DNA of 64,000 nt from Malacoraja senta (Eukaryota). Below, piece by piece: positions 1-12,710 of this stretch. The stretch covers positions 1,738,001-1,802,000 of the forward strand of contig CM075990.1 of the NCBI GenBank assembly GCA_038087875.1, given 5' to 3'. A program made the position numbers and the translations under genes. The notes under the pieces are model-generated. The model searched no databases, was not told the origin of the DNA, and worked only from the letters and a program-made list of their open reading frames with translations. Position 1 is the stretch's first letter. Each line of letters opens with the position of its first letter.

Positions 1-1325
1 CCATTCTTTGGCAAAAAACAAATCCCTCCTCATATCCATTCTAAAGGTTTGTCCTTTTATTCTGAGGCCATGCCCTCTGGTTGTACTCTCCCCTTACTAC
101 TAACATCCTTTGCACGTCCACTCTATCATGGCCTTTCATTATCTGATAGGTTTCAAAGAGAACCCCTTCTCTTCCCTCCCCGTCACCCTCTACTTTCTAA
201 ACTCCAGCGAGGAAAGGCCCTGAGCATCCAAACACTCTCACCCATTAACCGAATCATCCCATGATCATTCTCATAAACCTCTGGGCCCTCTCCAATGTCA
301 GCACATCATTCCTCAGATTTCGGTCACAAAACTGCTCACAATATTCCAAATGTGGCGTCACCAGCACCTCACAAATCCTCAGCATTACATCCCTCCTTTT
401 ATATCCTAGTCCCTTCAAAATGAATGCTAACATTACATTTGCCTTCATCACCACTAACAACATGCGAATTAACCCTTTTGGGAATCCTGCACCAAGTCCC
501 TTTGCTTGTCCAATTTCTGGAACCACTCCTCTATGTCTTTATTCCTTCTGCTAAAGTACATTACCGTACCCTTTGTTACGCTGTATTCAATTTGCTACTT
601 CTTTGCCCACATTCTCACCTGTCCAACTACTTTTGCAAACTCCCTGCTTCCTCAACATTACTTACCCCCTCATCCAATCTTCCTATCATCTGCAAATTTG
701 GCACAAAGGCATCAATTCCATCACCCAGGTCATGAATACATAAGATGAAAAGTAGTGGATTCAACAACAACCCCTGTGGAACATCGCAGCCAACCAGAAA
801 AGGCCCCTTATATTCCCACCCTTTGCCATATGCCAGTCAGCCAATCGTCTATCCATACTACTACCTTGCCTCTAATATCATGGGCTCCTATCTCATTTAG
901 CAGCCTCATGTGCAGCACCTTATCAAACGCCTTTTGAAAATCCAAAGAAACAACATCCATTGACTCTCCTTTGTCTATCCTGCTTGTTACCCCCTCAAAA
1001 AACTCTAATAGATTTGTCAGATAACACCTTCCCTTTACGAAACCATGCTGACATGTGCTTATCATGTGTTTCCAAGTACCTGAAAGCCTCATCCTTAATA
1101 ATGGACTGTAAAATGTTACCAATCGCAGAAGACGGACTAACCGGCATGTAATTTCCTTTATTTTGCCTTGCTCCCTTCTTAAACAGTGGAGCTACATTTG
1201 CGAATTTCTAGTCCTCTGAAACCATTCCTAACTCTAGTGATTCTTGAAAGATCACTACTAAAGCCTGCACAATCTCAATAGTATCTGTTTCAGAACCCTG
1301 GAGTGTAATCCATCTAGTCCATGTG
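1..1325 (-). mobile_element. Decayed CR1-clade LINE, RT and 3' region
   Basis: Minus-strand ORFs 808-1122 (QHGFVKGRCYLTNLLEFFE...DFQKAFDKV) and 254-526 (VTPHLEYCEQF) carry CR1 RT motifs; multiple frameshifts. Confidence 0.85.
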
Positions 1326-1733
1326 ACCGATCCACCTTCAAACCTTTCAGCTCCCCAAACACCTTCTCCTGGGGTCTGTTCCCATTTGCTGATCAACTCC
1401 GATTCAGTTCAAGTTGGGAAAGGATGAAAGCACTTACTTCCCTCGTGCTGAATTTTTCCAAATGATTTTCCACAAACATTGGGAATTCCACTTATGTGTT
1501 ACATTTATAACAGTCCAAAAGATCCTAATAGATAGCCAGTGTCTCGGCCAAACAAATATATAGCTAGAAATGTAGAAACAAGGAACTGCAGATGCTGGAT
1601 TACCAAAGACAAGAGTTTTGGAGTAGCTCTGAAATATTCATGGAAACATTAAATTCACGTTTGTAATCTTGAACACTGAATATTGAGTTAAGGCATCTAA
1701 CGTTGTGTCACGTTCTGTCTGTTCTCATGAAAG

Positions 1734-3474
1734 ATGTTCAGCAAAAACACAAGGAGTTTCTGCGGGTAGAGACCGAAACACTGAGAGTGAACACGCTCCT
1801 CAAGAAGGGAAATGCTAATGGTTTCCAGCTGGTTGATCGATACGTTGAGCTCACGGTCATTTCTACTGTTCGAGATTGGGGAGTGGTGGAACATGAGCTG
1901 CTGGCAAGAGGCCGAGAACATGAAAAGTGGAGAGAGAAACACCTCCAGGGAGAGCTGGAAAAAATCCGGACTGATCAATTGGTCCAGAGCAGCTTCTCTC
2001 AGAACAAATTCAAAACTGGGAATTCGGCAGTGGTGGCCGGAGTTGCGGGGATTGGAAAAACAACAATGGTGCAAAAGATTGTTTATGACTGGGCCACAGA
2101 GAAAATATACCAACACTTCCAGTTTGTCTTCATTTTCAAATTCAGAGATTTAAATTCCATTAGCTGTCGAATAAACCTGAACAAACTGATTCTGGATCAA
2201 TATCCTTACTTTAGAAATATCCTGGAAGAGGTCTGGAAGAACCCAGAGAGACTGCTGTTTATATTTGATGGTTTGGATGAATTTAAGGGCAGAATCGATT
2301 TTGCTGACAATCTGAGAGACACAGTAGAACCTCAGCACATATGCACAGACCCTGAGTGGCGGTGTGAAGTGTCTGACATTGTGTATAGTTTAATCCAACA
2401 CAAGCTTCTCCCAGGCTGTTCAGTGCTAGTGACCACCCGCCCCACTACATTACATTCATTGGAAAAGGCGGAGATCGGTGTCTGGGCTGAAATCCTGGGA
2501 TTTGTTGGAGAGGAACGAAAGGAATATTTCAACAAGTTTTTTGAAGATCAGACGGTGGCAGCAACTGTTTTCAAACACGTGGAGAAGAATGAGATTCTGC
2601 ACACCATGAGCTACAACCCCTCATACTGCTGCATCCTCGGCCTTGTACTGGGCCCCTTCTTCGCGCAAAGACACGGGGACCCGCTGCAAGTTCCCAAGAC
2701 CATCACCGAACTATATTCCTACTACATTTACAACATCCTGAAAAACCACGGTTGTGAAAATGAGAGCCCCCGTGAGGTGCTACTGAGGATTGGTCAGATG
2801 GCCTTCACAGGAGTGTCCGAGAAGAACATTGTGTTCACAGATGGAGATTTGATCAAGTACGATCTCCAGCCTTCCCAGTTCCTCTCCGGCTTCCCGATGG
2901 AACTTTTGGAGAGAGAGGATTCTGCCTGGAGTGGGGCATACACATTTCCTCACCTCACTATCCAAGAGTTTGTAGCTGCACTTGCACAATTCCTGACTCC
3001 AGATCCTGGAGATATCCTGAAACTCCTCACTGAAGCCCATAGCAAGGAAGATGGGCGATTTGAGGTATTTCTCCGTTTTGTTGCTGGTCTCTCCTCCCCA
3101 GGGTCATCTCGACGATTGGAGGAGTTTCTGGGCCCATTTCCTCATCAAACAACTGTCCAAGTGATTGACTGGGTGAAGGAGGAGGTTAAAAAGCCGATTG
3201 GAAATGCATGGAGTCAAACTGGTAAAAGGAGTTTCCTAAATACATTGCCGTTCCTTTTTGAGTGTCAAAATAGTAGCCTTGCACAGGACACACTGGGATC
3301 CATTCAAACACTGTCATTAATTGGAATACGACTAACCCTGATTGACTGTGCCGTGCTGTCTCGTGCGATTGGGCTCTGTGACACAATAAAACATCTCAAT
3401 TTGTGGGGCTGCCACATTCAGTGTGAAGGACTCCAGCAACTGGGACCCGGGCTGCACAAATGTCAGGAATTGAG
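1734..3474 (+). CDS. NLR (NACHT-LRR, NLRC3/NLRP-like) gene: large NACHT exon
   Basis: Open frame with Walker A GVAGIGKT, Walker B LLFIFDGLDE, VLVTTRP sensor, winged-helix FPHLTIQEFVAAL and a first LRR. Acceptor tctgttctcatgaaag|AT (phase 1), donor AG|gtaact (phase 2). Upstream exon(s) not found in the window. Confidence 0.93.
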
Positions 3475-4304
3475 GTAACTGCTCATTTCTCTTTTACATT
3501 AAATTGTAAGATTGACCCACTTTGTTGTTTGTGAAGGAAAAGAAACAGTTTGAATAAAATGTATGAAAGAATACTCTGAACATTTGTGCCAAATAACCAG
3601 AAGTTTTTATAGTAATTTCTGTCTAAATGGCTTCTTGAGAAGGGCAGTTGAAGACATCACTGGATAAGTTTTTTTTAAAAAGCCATCGATTTCATTGTAA
3701 TCAATAGCATTTATTGCTCTTTCCCAAGTTTATTGCTTTCCCACACGTCCATTGACCAGGTGCCTTCTGAATGACACTGGCACCAAGGCCAACACTAGTG
3801 GCAGCAGTTGGTGTGTTGATACATCCTATCCTTTTGCTGAGGTAGGTCAAGCAACAGATTGTCCAGTAGGAGATTCACGTGATGTGCCAGGTTTAAGCCC
3901 CTGTCCCATTTTCATGACCTAATTGGCGACCTCTGCCGAGTTTGCCCATGACTCATACTCGCAGCAAGGTCGCCACGAGGTCGTAGGAAGTCTTTGTAAC
4001 TCTTCCTCATGCTCTTGAGTGTTCTTCGCGTACTCGTGGCCTCAAGTTGGTCGCGGCGCTTTTTTCCAGCCTGATAAAAAATATCCACGAGTTTAAAAAA
4101 AAGGTTGGCATGGAAAAAATTGATACTTTTTACTCGTAGGTAGGTCGTAGTAGGTCGTGATGGTAGTCGTAGTTAGTTGAAGGTAGTCGTAGGCCGGTAA
4201 CTGGTCCGAGAAAAAAAAATGCAATCATGACATCATTTTATCATGTGATCATTTTCCACTCGTAGCTGGTCGTAGTTGGTCTTAGGTGTGGAAGACTGAG
4301 GTCG

Positions 4305-4431
4305 AGGGAGGTCGTAGACATAGTCATAGGAGGTCATATACATAGTCGTAGGAGGTCGTAGACATGGTTGTAGGAGGTTGTAGACATAGTCGTAGGAGGT
4401 CGTAGACATAGTCGTAGGAGGTCGTAGACAT
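4305..4431 (+). repeat. ~21-bp tandem repeat (gtagacatagtcgtaggaggt-like) inside the Harbinger-like element
   Basis: About 6 copies visible; the array continues at 6052-6083. Confidence 0.85.
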
Positions 4432-6051
4432 CAAGTCACATCAAGTCACATTTATTTATATAGCACATTTAAAAAACAACTCTCGTTGGCCAAAGTGTTT
4501 TACATTTGTTATAAGAATAGTATAAACAAACAAACTACATACATATATACATATAGCCCTCGCTCAGAGGACGTCAAGAAAGGCTTGGGAGTATAGATAC
4601 GTTTTTAGTCTTGACTTAAAGGAGTCGATGGAGGGGGCAGTTCTGATGGGAAGGGGGGTGCTGTTCCACAGTCTAGGAGCTGCAACCGCAAAGGCGCGGT
4701 CGCCCCTGAGCTTATGCCTAGACGGCGGGATGTTCAGTAACCCCAAGTCGGACGATCTGAGGGACCTGGAGGTGGTGTGGTGGGTGAGAAGACTTTTAAT
4801 GTAGGTGGGGGCAAGCCCATTGAGGGCTTTGTAGACATAGAGGAGGATCTTGAAATTTATACGGAACCGCACAGGGAGCCAGTGGAGAGAGGCCAGGATT
4901 GGGGTGATGTGGTCCCTTTTTCGGGTGCCCGTCAGGAGTCTCGCTGCGGCGTTTTGGACCAGTTGCAGGCGGGACAGGGAAGATTGGCTGATGCCAGTGT
5001 AAAGGGAGTTGCAGTAATCTAGGCGGGAGGAGATAAATGTGTGGATGATCTTTTCAAGGTCATCAAACTGGAGGAATTGTTTTATTTTAGCTATCGTCCG
5101 AAGCTGAAAGAAGCTAGCTTTTACCACGGCATTGACTTGTTTGTCAAATTTCAGTGCTGAGTCAAATATCACGCCAAGGTTTTTGACGTGAGGTTTGAGT
5201 AGTGGGGTAAGGCTTCCAAGGCTGCCTGCTATCATTTTGATTGAGACCGAGGGGCCGAGAAGGATGACCTCAAACTTACTCTCGTTTAGTTGGAGGAAGT
5301 TCTGGGCCATCCAACACTTTATATCCTCGAGGCAGCGGGTAAGGTTAAGCAGATTTGATTGTTTTTTGGGCTTCAGGGGGAGATAGAGTTGTGTATCGTC
5401 TGCGTAGCAATGGAAGGAAATGCCTTGCCTTTCAATTACTTGGCCTAAGGGGAGCATAAACAGGGAGAAGAGAATGAGGCCAAGGATGGAACCTTGTGGA
5501 ACCCCACAGCAGAGATTAGCTGGGGAGGAGAAAGAGTTGCCTATGTTAGTCGAGAAACTCCTACCTTTGATGTAGGAGATGAACCAGCTCAGGGCAGTGC
5601 CATCAATACCAACCCCGTACCGGAGACGGTCAATTAGGATGGTGTGGTCGACAGTATCAAATGCTGCACTGAGGTCAAGAAGGAGCAGGATTGCACAGTC
5701 GCCGGAGTCAACGGTGAGCAGTAGGTCATTATGTACCTTCAACAAGGCAGACTCTGTGCTGTGGTGAGCCCTGAAACCTGATTGGAAAGTTTCCAAGATA
5801 GTGTTTTGGTGAAGGTAAGGCATAAGTTGACTTAAAATTACCTTTTCAAGGGCTTTTGAGAGGAAAGGCAGTTTAGAAATGGGTCTGTAGTTGCTTGGCA
5901 AGGTGGGGTCGAGGTTAGGTTTTTTCAGGAGTGGCTGGACCACCGCATGCTTGAAGCAGGTAGGTACAGTGCCATTGGCCAGAGAGCTGTTGAAGATGGC
6001 GAGGATGCTGGGACCGGCTGTTGTAATGACGTCCTTTAGGAGGGCAGAGTT
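4432..6051 (-). mobile_element. 5'-truncated L2-clade LINE with uninterrupted RT ORF
   Basis: Open ORF 4564-6051: NYRPISKLPFLSK, DLSAAFDTVDH, GVPQGSILG, HCYADDTQLY, SRLDYCNSL; tail (atgtgacttg)n after aataaa. Confidence 0.9.
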
Positions 6052-7043
6052 GTAGGAGGTCGTAGACATGGTGGTAGGAGGTCTTTTACTTCGGCGAGTC
6101 AACGCGACCGTGACATTTTTTTCAACTCGTCTAGGGTCTTCTAAACTCCTGGATTAGGTCGTCCAAGTGGGACAGGCCCTTTACTTTTAGAGTAAACTTC
6201 CTGTATTACAAATTGGCAAACTTGGGGGAGTCATCTTCAAGGGCAGATGCTCTCCTGTCCTAGGCTTTTGGATACAAAGCATACATAGCTTTGTATACTA
6301 CTCTTTATCCACATTCACCTTCCCTCCCCAGCCCCACCCGCCCAACCACACTCAAATCTACATCCCATGCTTCGTGAGTTATAAAGATAAAGGATTTCAT
6401 GATTACCCTGCTGTATTTAGTGTGCTGTATGTGATAAAAATATGTGAATTGTACAATTTCATATAGGTACAATGCTGAATTGCACAACCCTTTCCTTGAT
6501 TGTGGTTGCTAGGCAACATCCAGGCAGAGGCTCACGTAATGGTCACTTTAATTACAACTGCTCATTGAGACTGATATAATCCAGTTTCAACCAAGTTTCA
6601 GTGAGACCCCTAATGCTGTCTTGGGCAACATCTTGGGCTGATCTAACTTAGCCTACTGTCCACTCCAACCTATTGTCTCTTTACACTACACCACCCCCTC
6701 CCCCCCAATTCCTGGCCACACCTTGTCCATTAGTTGGAACACACATCAATCGGTACCATTCCTTCCGGTTGATCAGGCCTTTGGCATCTCAATATATGTC
6801 CAATTCATCTGTGTGGCTCTCGCATCCCACAGTTCCCCATTTCTGGTAATGTTGGCTGCGCCTCCTTCCTCCCTCCCCCCCATATCTGAGTGTGAGTAGG
6901 TCTGGCCCCCTCTACCTGTCCTTCACTTAGCTCTATTTTCCCCCCTCCCTCATGCTGCTTCGCAATTGGCAAGGAGTGAGTTTCTCTGCATCAATAAACA
7001 CGAGTTGGGTAGTGAGGGGAAATCTGATCATTCATATCTCAAA

Positions 7044-7438
7044 AGATGAGAGGGGATCTCATTGAAACATATAAGATTGTTAAGGGCTTGGACACGCTAG
7101 AGGCAGGAAACATGTTCCCGATGTTGGGGGAGTCCAGAACCAGGGGCCACAGTTTAAGAATATGGAGTAAGCCATTTAGAACGGAGACGAGGAAACACTT
7201 TTTCTCACAGAGAGTTGTGAGTCTGTGGAATTCTCTGCCTCAGAGGGCGGTAGAGGCAGGTTCTCTGGATGCTTTCAAGAGAGAGCTAGATAGGGCTCTT
7301 AAAAATAGCAGAGGGGATATGGGGAGAAGGCAGGAACGGGGTATGATTGGGGATGATCAGCCATGATCACATTGAAGGGCAGTGCTGGCTCGAAGGGCCG
7401 AATGGCCTACTCCTGCACCTATTGTCTATTGTTTATTG
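7044..7438 (+). mobile_element. CR1 3' end fragment
   Basis: MRGDLIETYKI...RTRGHSL...FFSQRVVSLWNSLP, CR1 3' UTR and ctattgt tail. Confidence 0.88.
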
Positions 7439-7503
7439 ATTTATTTTTTCTTGAAATATCCAGGTAAGAGAAAATGTATCAGACATGAGATTTGAATTCT
7501 GAA

Positions 7504-7607
7504 GTCTGAAGAAGGGTTTCGGCCCGAAACGTTGCCTATTTCCAAAGAACGGCTTGTTGGTATAGATGCTGCTGCAACCGCTGAGTTTCTCCAGCATTTG
7601 TGTCTAC
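7504..7607 (+). mobile_element. Penelope pLTR-derived repeat with a minimal hammerhead motif (7506-7533)
   Basis: CTGAAGA-A-GGGTTTCGGCCC-GAAAC-GTT followed by the family tail gatgctgctgcaaccgctgagtttctccagca. Confidence 0.7.
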
Positions 7608-7650
7608 ACATGAGATCTGAATTGGTTTGTTTCTCGCTGTTTGTGTTTAG

Positions 7651-7737
7651 ACTGGAGAACAATGCATTGGGAGATTCCGGAGTGAAACTGTTGTCTGTGG
7701 CTCTGAGGCACCCTGACTGTAAAATACAGAAACTAGG
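7651..7737 (+). CDS. NLR gene LRR exon (87 bp)
   Basis: ttgtgtttag|A...GG|gtaagt; encodes LENNALGDSGVKLLSVALRHPDCKIQKL, a ribonuclease-inhibitor-type LRR; phase 2-2. Confidence 0.9.
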
Positions 7738-9140
7738 GTAAGTAGCAGACTCTGAGAGGAAGTGTACAATTATTGGGTGTCTGACACTGGACATTAATAC
7801 GGGTTGAACTCTCTTGTCCGGCATTCTGTGGTTTTGGATCTGTCCTACAGATCTACACAAATTAAATTCTAGCTATGTTCTGGTTAAGATCTAAAATCAA
7901 CTGAAATTTACACTCGCCAGCTTACGCAGTAAACAACTTACGTAAACGCACTTATAATTCACAATAGGTGGTCCCGTTTCCTGAATGACCTTTGTCATTG
8001 CAACAGGAGGATGGCGATGGCTTCCTGTCCGCTTCATAGTTATAAAAGCATTGCCTGGGCTCGCTGCTCTTCCAGTTTGGGCCACTGTTGGTGCGACACT
8101 GGGAAGGCGAGGGAGGCAGTGGAGAGCAACTCCTGGCCTAGTTGCTGACATCTTCCACAACGTGCTCCAGCGAGCTATCTTCTCACCTGCTGCCACTTTT
8201 TCAGCTCCTTCCACCACCCCCTCCTCATCCTCCTCCTCCTGTCACTGTCCGCTTTGCCTCTCCCCCTTCCACCGCTGACTTTCCTCCTCTCCCAGAGATG
8301 CCAATATATTCCAAGGTGGAGAAAGAGGAGGAGGTGACGGTGGAGGGGAGAGCTGACAAAGTGACGGCCGACAGGAAGATGTGGAAGCAGGCGAGCGGAG
8401 AGGGAGCCCCATGGTGACCGAGCGCACCCTGTCGGTGGAGGCGCCTGCAGAAAGAGCTGCCAGCCAGGGTCTACAACGTGAGCCGCAACAACAGCTGTGT
8501 CAACCGGACGGCGTGGCAGTCGGGAAAGAAGGGCTCGTTGGTGCAGACCAGCACTATTAGCACCCAGTTTTAAGGTGGAACCACACAATCTGCTGGAGTA
8601 ACTCAGCAGACTGAGTTCCCCAGAGTTGCTGCCTGACCTGCTGAGTAACCTCAGGAGTTTGTGTCGTTTTGTATCAACCAGTAATAACAGTTCTGTTTCT
8701 ACCTGGTTTTACGGTGATTCCGACGTGTAAAATTCGACTTGCATAAAGGTTTGCGTACAATGGGAGTGTCTGAACTCTGTAATATGACTGGTTAGCATGC
8801 AACAAAACATGGCAATAAACTAAACTGTACCTCATTAATCTCCCAGTGCAACTTTTGTGATCTCATCGGACAACTTCCTGATTTGCCAAAGCTTTTGGGT
8901 TACCAACAGTTCTTAGGAATGGAACCCCCAACAACACCTGGAGAGCCCTTTACTTAAAAAAAACCCAGTTCTTTGGCTCAGGGTGATGATCAGTCAGGCA
9001 TCAGAGTGATCTGCTATTTTTCTGTGGTCAAGTCCCAGTCAGGTCCCAAGGACTCCGGCATGATTAGTCATTGTGTTGATAAACATTCAGGATTGTTTCC
9101 AGTCTTTCTGTTTCCCTCATCCTCTCTCTCTAATTTCCAG

Positions 9141-9308
9141 GCTGAGAGATATTGGTCTCACAGATTATTGCACCAACTATCTCATCTCTGCACTCAGTAC
9201 AAACCAATCATTGACTAGTCTGGACTTGGGAAAAAACTCCTTAACAGACCGATCTGTCCCCGCTCTCTGCTACCTGACACGGATGCTCCCGAGTCTGAAA
9301 TGGATCGG
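9141..9308 (+). CDS. NLR gene LRR exon (168 bp)
   Basis: aatttccag|G...GG|gtgagt; encodes LRDIGLTDYCTNYLISALSTNQSLTSLDLGKNSLTDRSVPALC...; phase 2-2. Confidence 0.9.
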
Positions 9309-9452
9309 GTGAGTGTTTGTGTGAGCATTTAATGTAATAAAATATCAGTCGATCCGTGAGCTTTCCTGGTGTTGAAATATTGATCACTGCCTTTGTTATA
9401 GACACTGTTGTGCGATCTGCTTATTCCCTCCTTGTTTTCCAATCTGTTTCAG

Positions 9453-9540
9453 GCTGTGGGAGAATGCATTCAGTAGAGGTGGAGAGAATCAGCTGAAGTC
9501 TCTGCAGGGAACCAGACCTGGACTGAGTGTGTCTTTATGA
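9453..9540 (+). CDS. NLR gene terminal coding exon
   Basis: ctgtttcag|G; encodes LWENAFSRGGENQLKSLQGTRPGLSVSL then TGA at 9538-9540; in frame with the previous exon. Confidence 0.85.
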
Positions 9541-9850
9541 ACATCTCAATGTATATCTGTCACCACATCTGGCCTGTTTCCTGCCCACCCCTTTGAATGT
9601 CTATGCTTTGGATTTAGAATCCAATGGTTCCACCGGTTCCCAGGCGGACCCGAACATATAGTAAATGCAAGAGGTGGCTCTGCCATGTCACTCAGCTGCT
9701 GATCCACACCACAATGCCTCTGCCATTTATCGGGCTGGGTGTCTATGGTGGGAACTGGGGAATTGCAGAAAGGAACAGCCCAGGGGGGAGGGAGTTTCAG
9801 AGACCAATAATAGCATTTAGGGGTTTCTGGGGACAGATTGTTTTTAGAGC

Positions 9851-9956
9851 AATCTCCATGCTGAAGGACGTCGGTCTCACAGGTTTTTGCACTGAAAATC
9901 TTGCCCCAGTTCAAACCGCTCACTGATGGGTCTGGACCAGGGGAACAACTCCTTCA
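9851..9956 (+). pseudogene. Decayed duplicate of the 168-bp LRR exon
   Basis: Aligns to ~9132-9243 (LKDVGLTGFCTENL vs LRDIGLTDYCTNYL); acceptor mutated cag>cat; about 7-nt deletion. Confidence 0.8.
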
Positions 9957-10759
9957 GAAGAACATGTGGCATGAAGATTTACTCCAGTCCATTCAATGGC
10001 CTGACCACATAGTATTAATTTTTGAAATATCTTTTCAAATAAGCTTTCAAATATTGTTGGATAGTTGGATCTGCTGCGATTCCTGAAATTGTGATTTGAG
10101 AGCCAGCAGTGAAACTGCACAAATTGTTCAAGCCTTCACTCATTGTCGGATATTTGTTAATTGTATCTGAAGTATGAATAGTTTATTAAACCACAGATTG
10201 GGAAGTTCCTCAGCTTTCAGAATATAAATACAATGGTGAAATCAGTAAATCACTGTCAGCTCCTGTCCTGCTGTCTGACCTATGATGGCCTTCATAAACA
10301 TGACCTTCAATCAGTTTGTGGGGTTCTGGGCTGCTCCCAGCTCTGATGTTCAGACTCGCCCTTCCCATTCCCCACACCCCTCCCCATTCTTTCCCACTCC
10401 CCATCGTCTCCCATCCCCCCCTCCCCATCCCCCTTCTGTCTCCCCATTCCCTGCCCCCACCCACCCTCCTTGTCCAAACTGCCCGCTCCCCCTCCTTCCT
10501 AAACACTCTGCACCGTGATCACTAAAGCAGGATCGTCACCGGGTGCCTCTGAGCGTTGGATGTGCGTCACCGTTGAGCGGAAAACCGCCTCACAAATGGC
10601 CAGGACCAAAGATACTAGAGGAGTTAATATCTTTGTTATAAAGCCTCACATTACATTCCTGGTTTTATATTCTAGTCCTCTTGAAATAAATGTGAACTGG
10701 AGGTTGGCTTTTTGACAAGAGAGGTTATAGCAACAGTGCTCACCGAGGATATTCTTAGG

Positions 10760-12510
10760 GATCATCCAGAGAGGCTATATGTATGCAACTTAGTACCAAG
10801 TAGGGGATGATGACTGATGGGACTATTGAATGTCTGCAGGAATTAGAGGAGTAGATGTTTTGCAGATCGCAGATCACTATGTATAATAAGGTATATATTG
10901 GGGTGGGAAATTGCAACCTTCACGTGGTCCACCCTGTTTCAACTAATACAATCAACGCGACGTGCACAAACAGAAATTCAAATAGAACAAGTTGTCTTAC
11001 AACTTTAGGCTGTGCACTCCATACGCAAGAAGAAGAAAGGGTGTATTATACCCCAGTATATTAGCGGGAGTTTTTAACTTCAATGTTGACTGGGTCACCC
11101 ATAGTGCCAAGGACTTGGACGGGGTGGAATTTGTAAAATGTAATCAGGAAAGCTTCCTTAATCAATGTATAGAGAGCCTTGCTAGAGAGGGGTCAACACT
11201 GAACCTACTCTAAGGGAACAAGATAGGGCAAAGTGTGAGTGGGGGAGCACTTTGGGAACCGTGATAAGGAGTCTACATAGAATAGTACATCACAAGAAGA
11301 GTCCCTTCGGCCACAATGACCTGCCAAACATGGAATGCTATTTATTGTCATTCAAACATAGGTTTGAACGAAATATCATTTACTACAGTTTTTTACATTA
11401 CAAAATAACCCAAGACCCACACTTAACACAGTTTACATAAACATACATCACACAGTGAATCTCCAACACCTCCTCACTGTGATGGAAGGCAAAAGTCTTA
11501 TCTCTTCCCTTTGTTCTTCTCCCGTGGTCCAGCAGTCCAACTGCAGCGTCGAGGCGAACTGGGGCTCCGATGGTAAAGCCCCTGGCGGGCGATGGTAAGT
11601 CCCGTGGCCATTTAGCCACGCTGGGCGATGTTAGGCCCTGGCTCCGTGTCCTTTAAACCCCGCGGTTCAAGCAGTCCAACCCGCACATGACGCCAAGCCT
11701 GTCTCTTACTACCTGTGCATAATACATATCCCTCCGTTCCCTGCATAATCATATGCCTATCCAAAAGCCTCTTAAATGCCACTATTGTATCTGCCTCAAC
11801 CATCAACCCTGGCAGCATATTTAAGGCACTGACCTCCTCTGAAACAGGTTGCTCTGCACATCAGCTATGGAGAAAGAATGGACAGGTCCACGTTAAGGTC
11901 CTAAAATGGGGCAAGGCCAATTTTGGAGGCATTACAGGGGAACTTGCAGAAGTCGATTGGGTGAAAAATTTCACAGATAAAGGGGCATCTGCCTAATAGG
12001 GGGCTTTTAAAAGTTGGATAGCAAGAGTTCAGCGACAGGAAGATCCGATTAGAGGAAAGGGCAGGGTTGGCGAGTTTAGGGAACCCTGGCTGATGAGCAA
12101 TATTGAGGTTCTGGTAAAGAAAAAGATGGCACCCTACAGGTTTAGGTAGTCAAGATGAAATGAATTGCTCGCCAAGAAGTGTGGGAGTAAACCTAAGAGG
12201 GAAATCAGGAGAGTAAAGAGAGGATTAGATGGATCTGACAGGCCAGGTAAAGGAACATTCCAAGAGATTCCACAGGTATATTGAGAGTAAAGTGGTGCCT
12301 AAGGCGTGAATAGGTCCCTTTAAAGATCAGTGTGGCTTTTTATGTGTGGAGGCAAAGATATATGTGAGATTGTAAATGAAATATCTAATCAGTTTTTACT
12401 GTATAAAATGATGAGCTGTGATGTATTGGGCCACGCACAAATTTCCAAAGACGAGGTCTTGGTGGTCCTAAAGCACTTTAGAGTGGATAAATCCCCAAGG
12501 CCTGACCAGG
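10760..12510 (+). mobile_element. Old fragmented CR1 (EN to RT) with nested insertions
   Basis: FNFNVDW...LDGVEFVKCNQESFLNQ, VKVLKWGKANF, VDKSPRPD remnants. Confidence 0.65.
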
Positions 12511-12710
12511 CGGGAATATTTAAAAACCAGCCGTTGGAGGTGAGAGACAATGTGTGGTGTGAACAGCGAATAAAAGGAGGGCAGGCTCCATCGGAGCAGC
12601 CATTTTGAGGTGCTGCTGGTGATCAATGTGTGGCTTTGCTGAGTTCTGGGAGGTGGGCAAGCAGCACACAGGCGAGGGCAAGGATATTCATTTTTTCTTT
12701 TTCCCCAGAA

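Larger units (their letters stand above)
3896..6180. mobile_element. Non-autonomous PIF/Harbinger-like DNA transposon, interrupted by an L2
   Basis: Terminal inverted repeats agcccctgtcccattt / aagtgggacaggccct; TTA on both sides (3893-3895, 6181-6183); internal ~21-bp tandem repeat. Confidence 0.75.

Noticed and set aside
1703..1733. ORF-track start of the 591-aa NLR ORF
   Set aside because: This is the intronic polypyrimidine tract and acceptor; the exon starts at 1734.
6052..6102. N-terminal extension of the 512-aa ORF
   Set aside because: Read-through into the Harbinger-like tandem repeat, not L2 sequence.
7897..8770. Overlapping ORFs in the NLR intron
   Set aside because: No LRR pattern or splice support; probably a decayed DNA transposon, family not determinable by eye.
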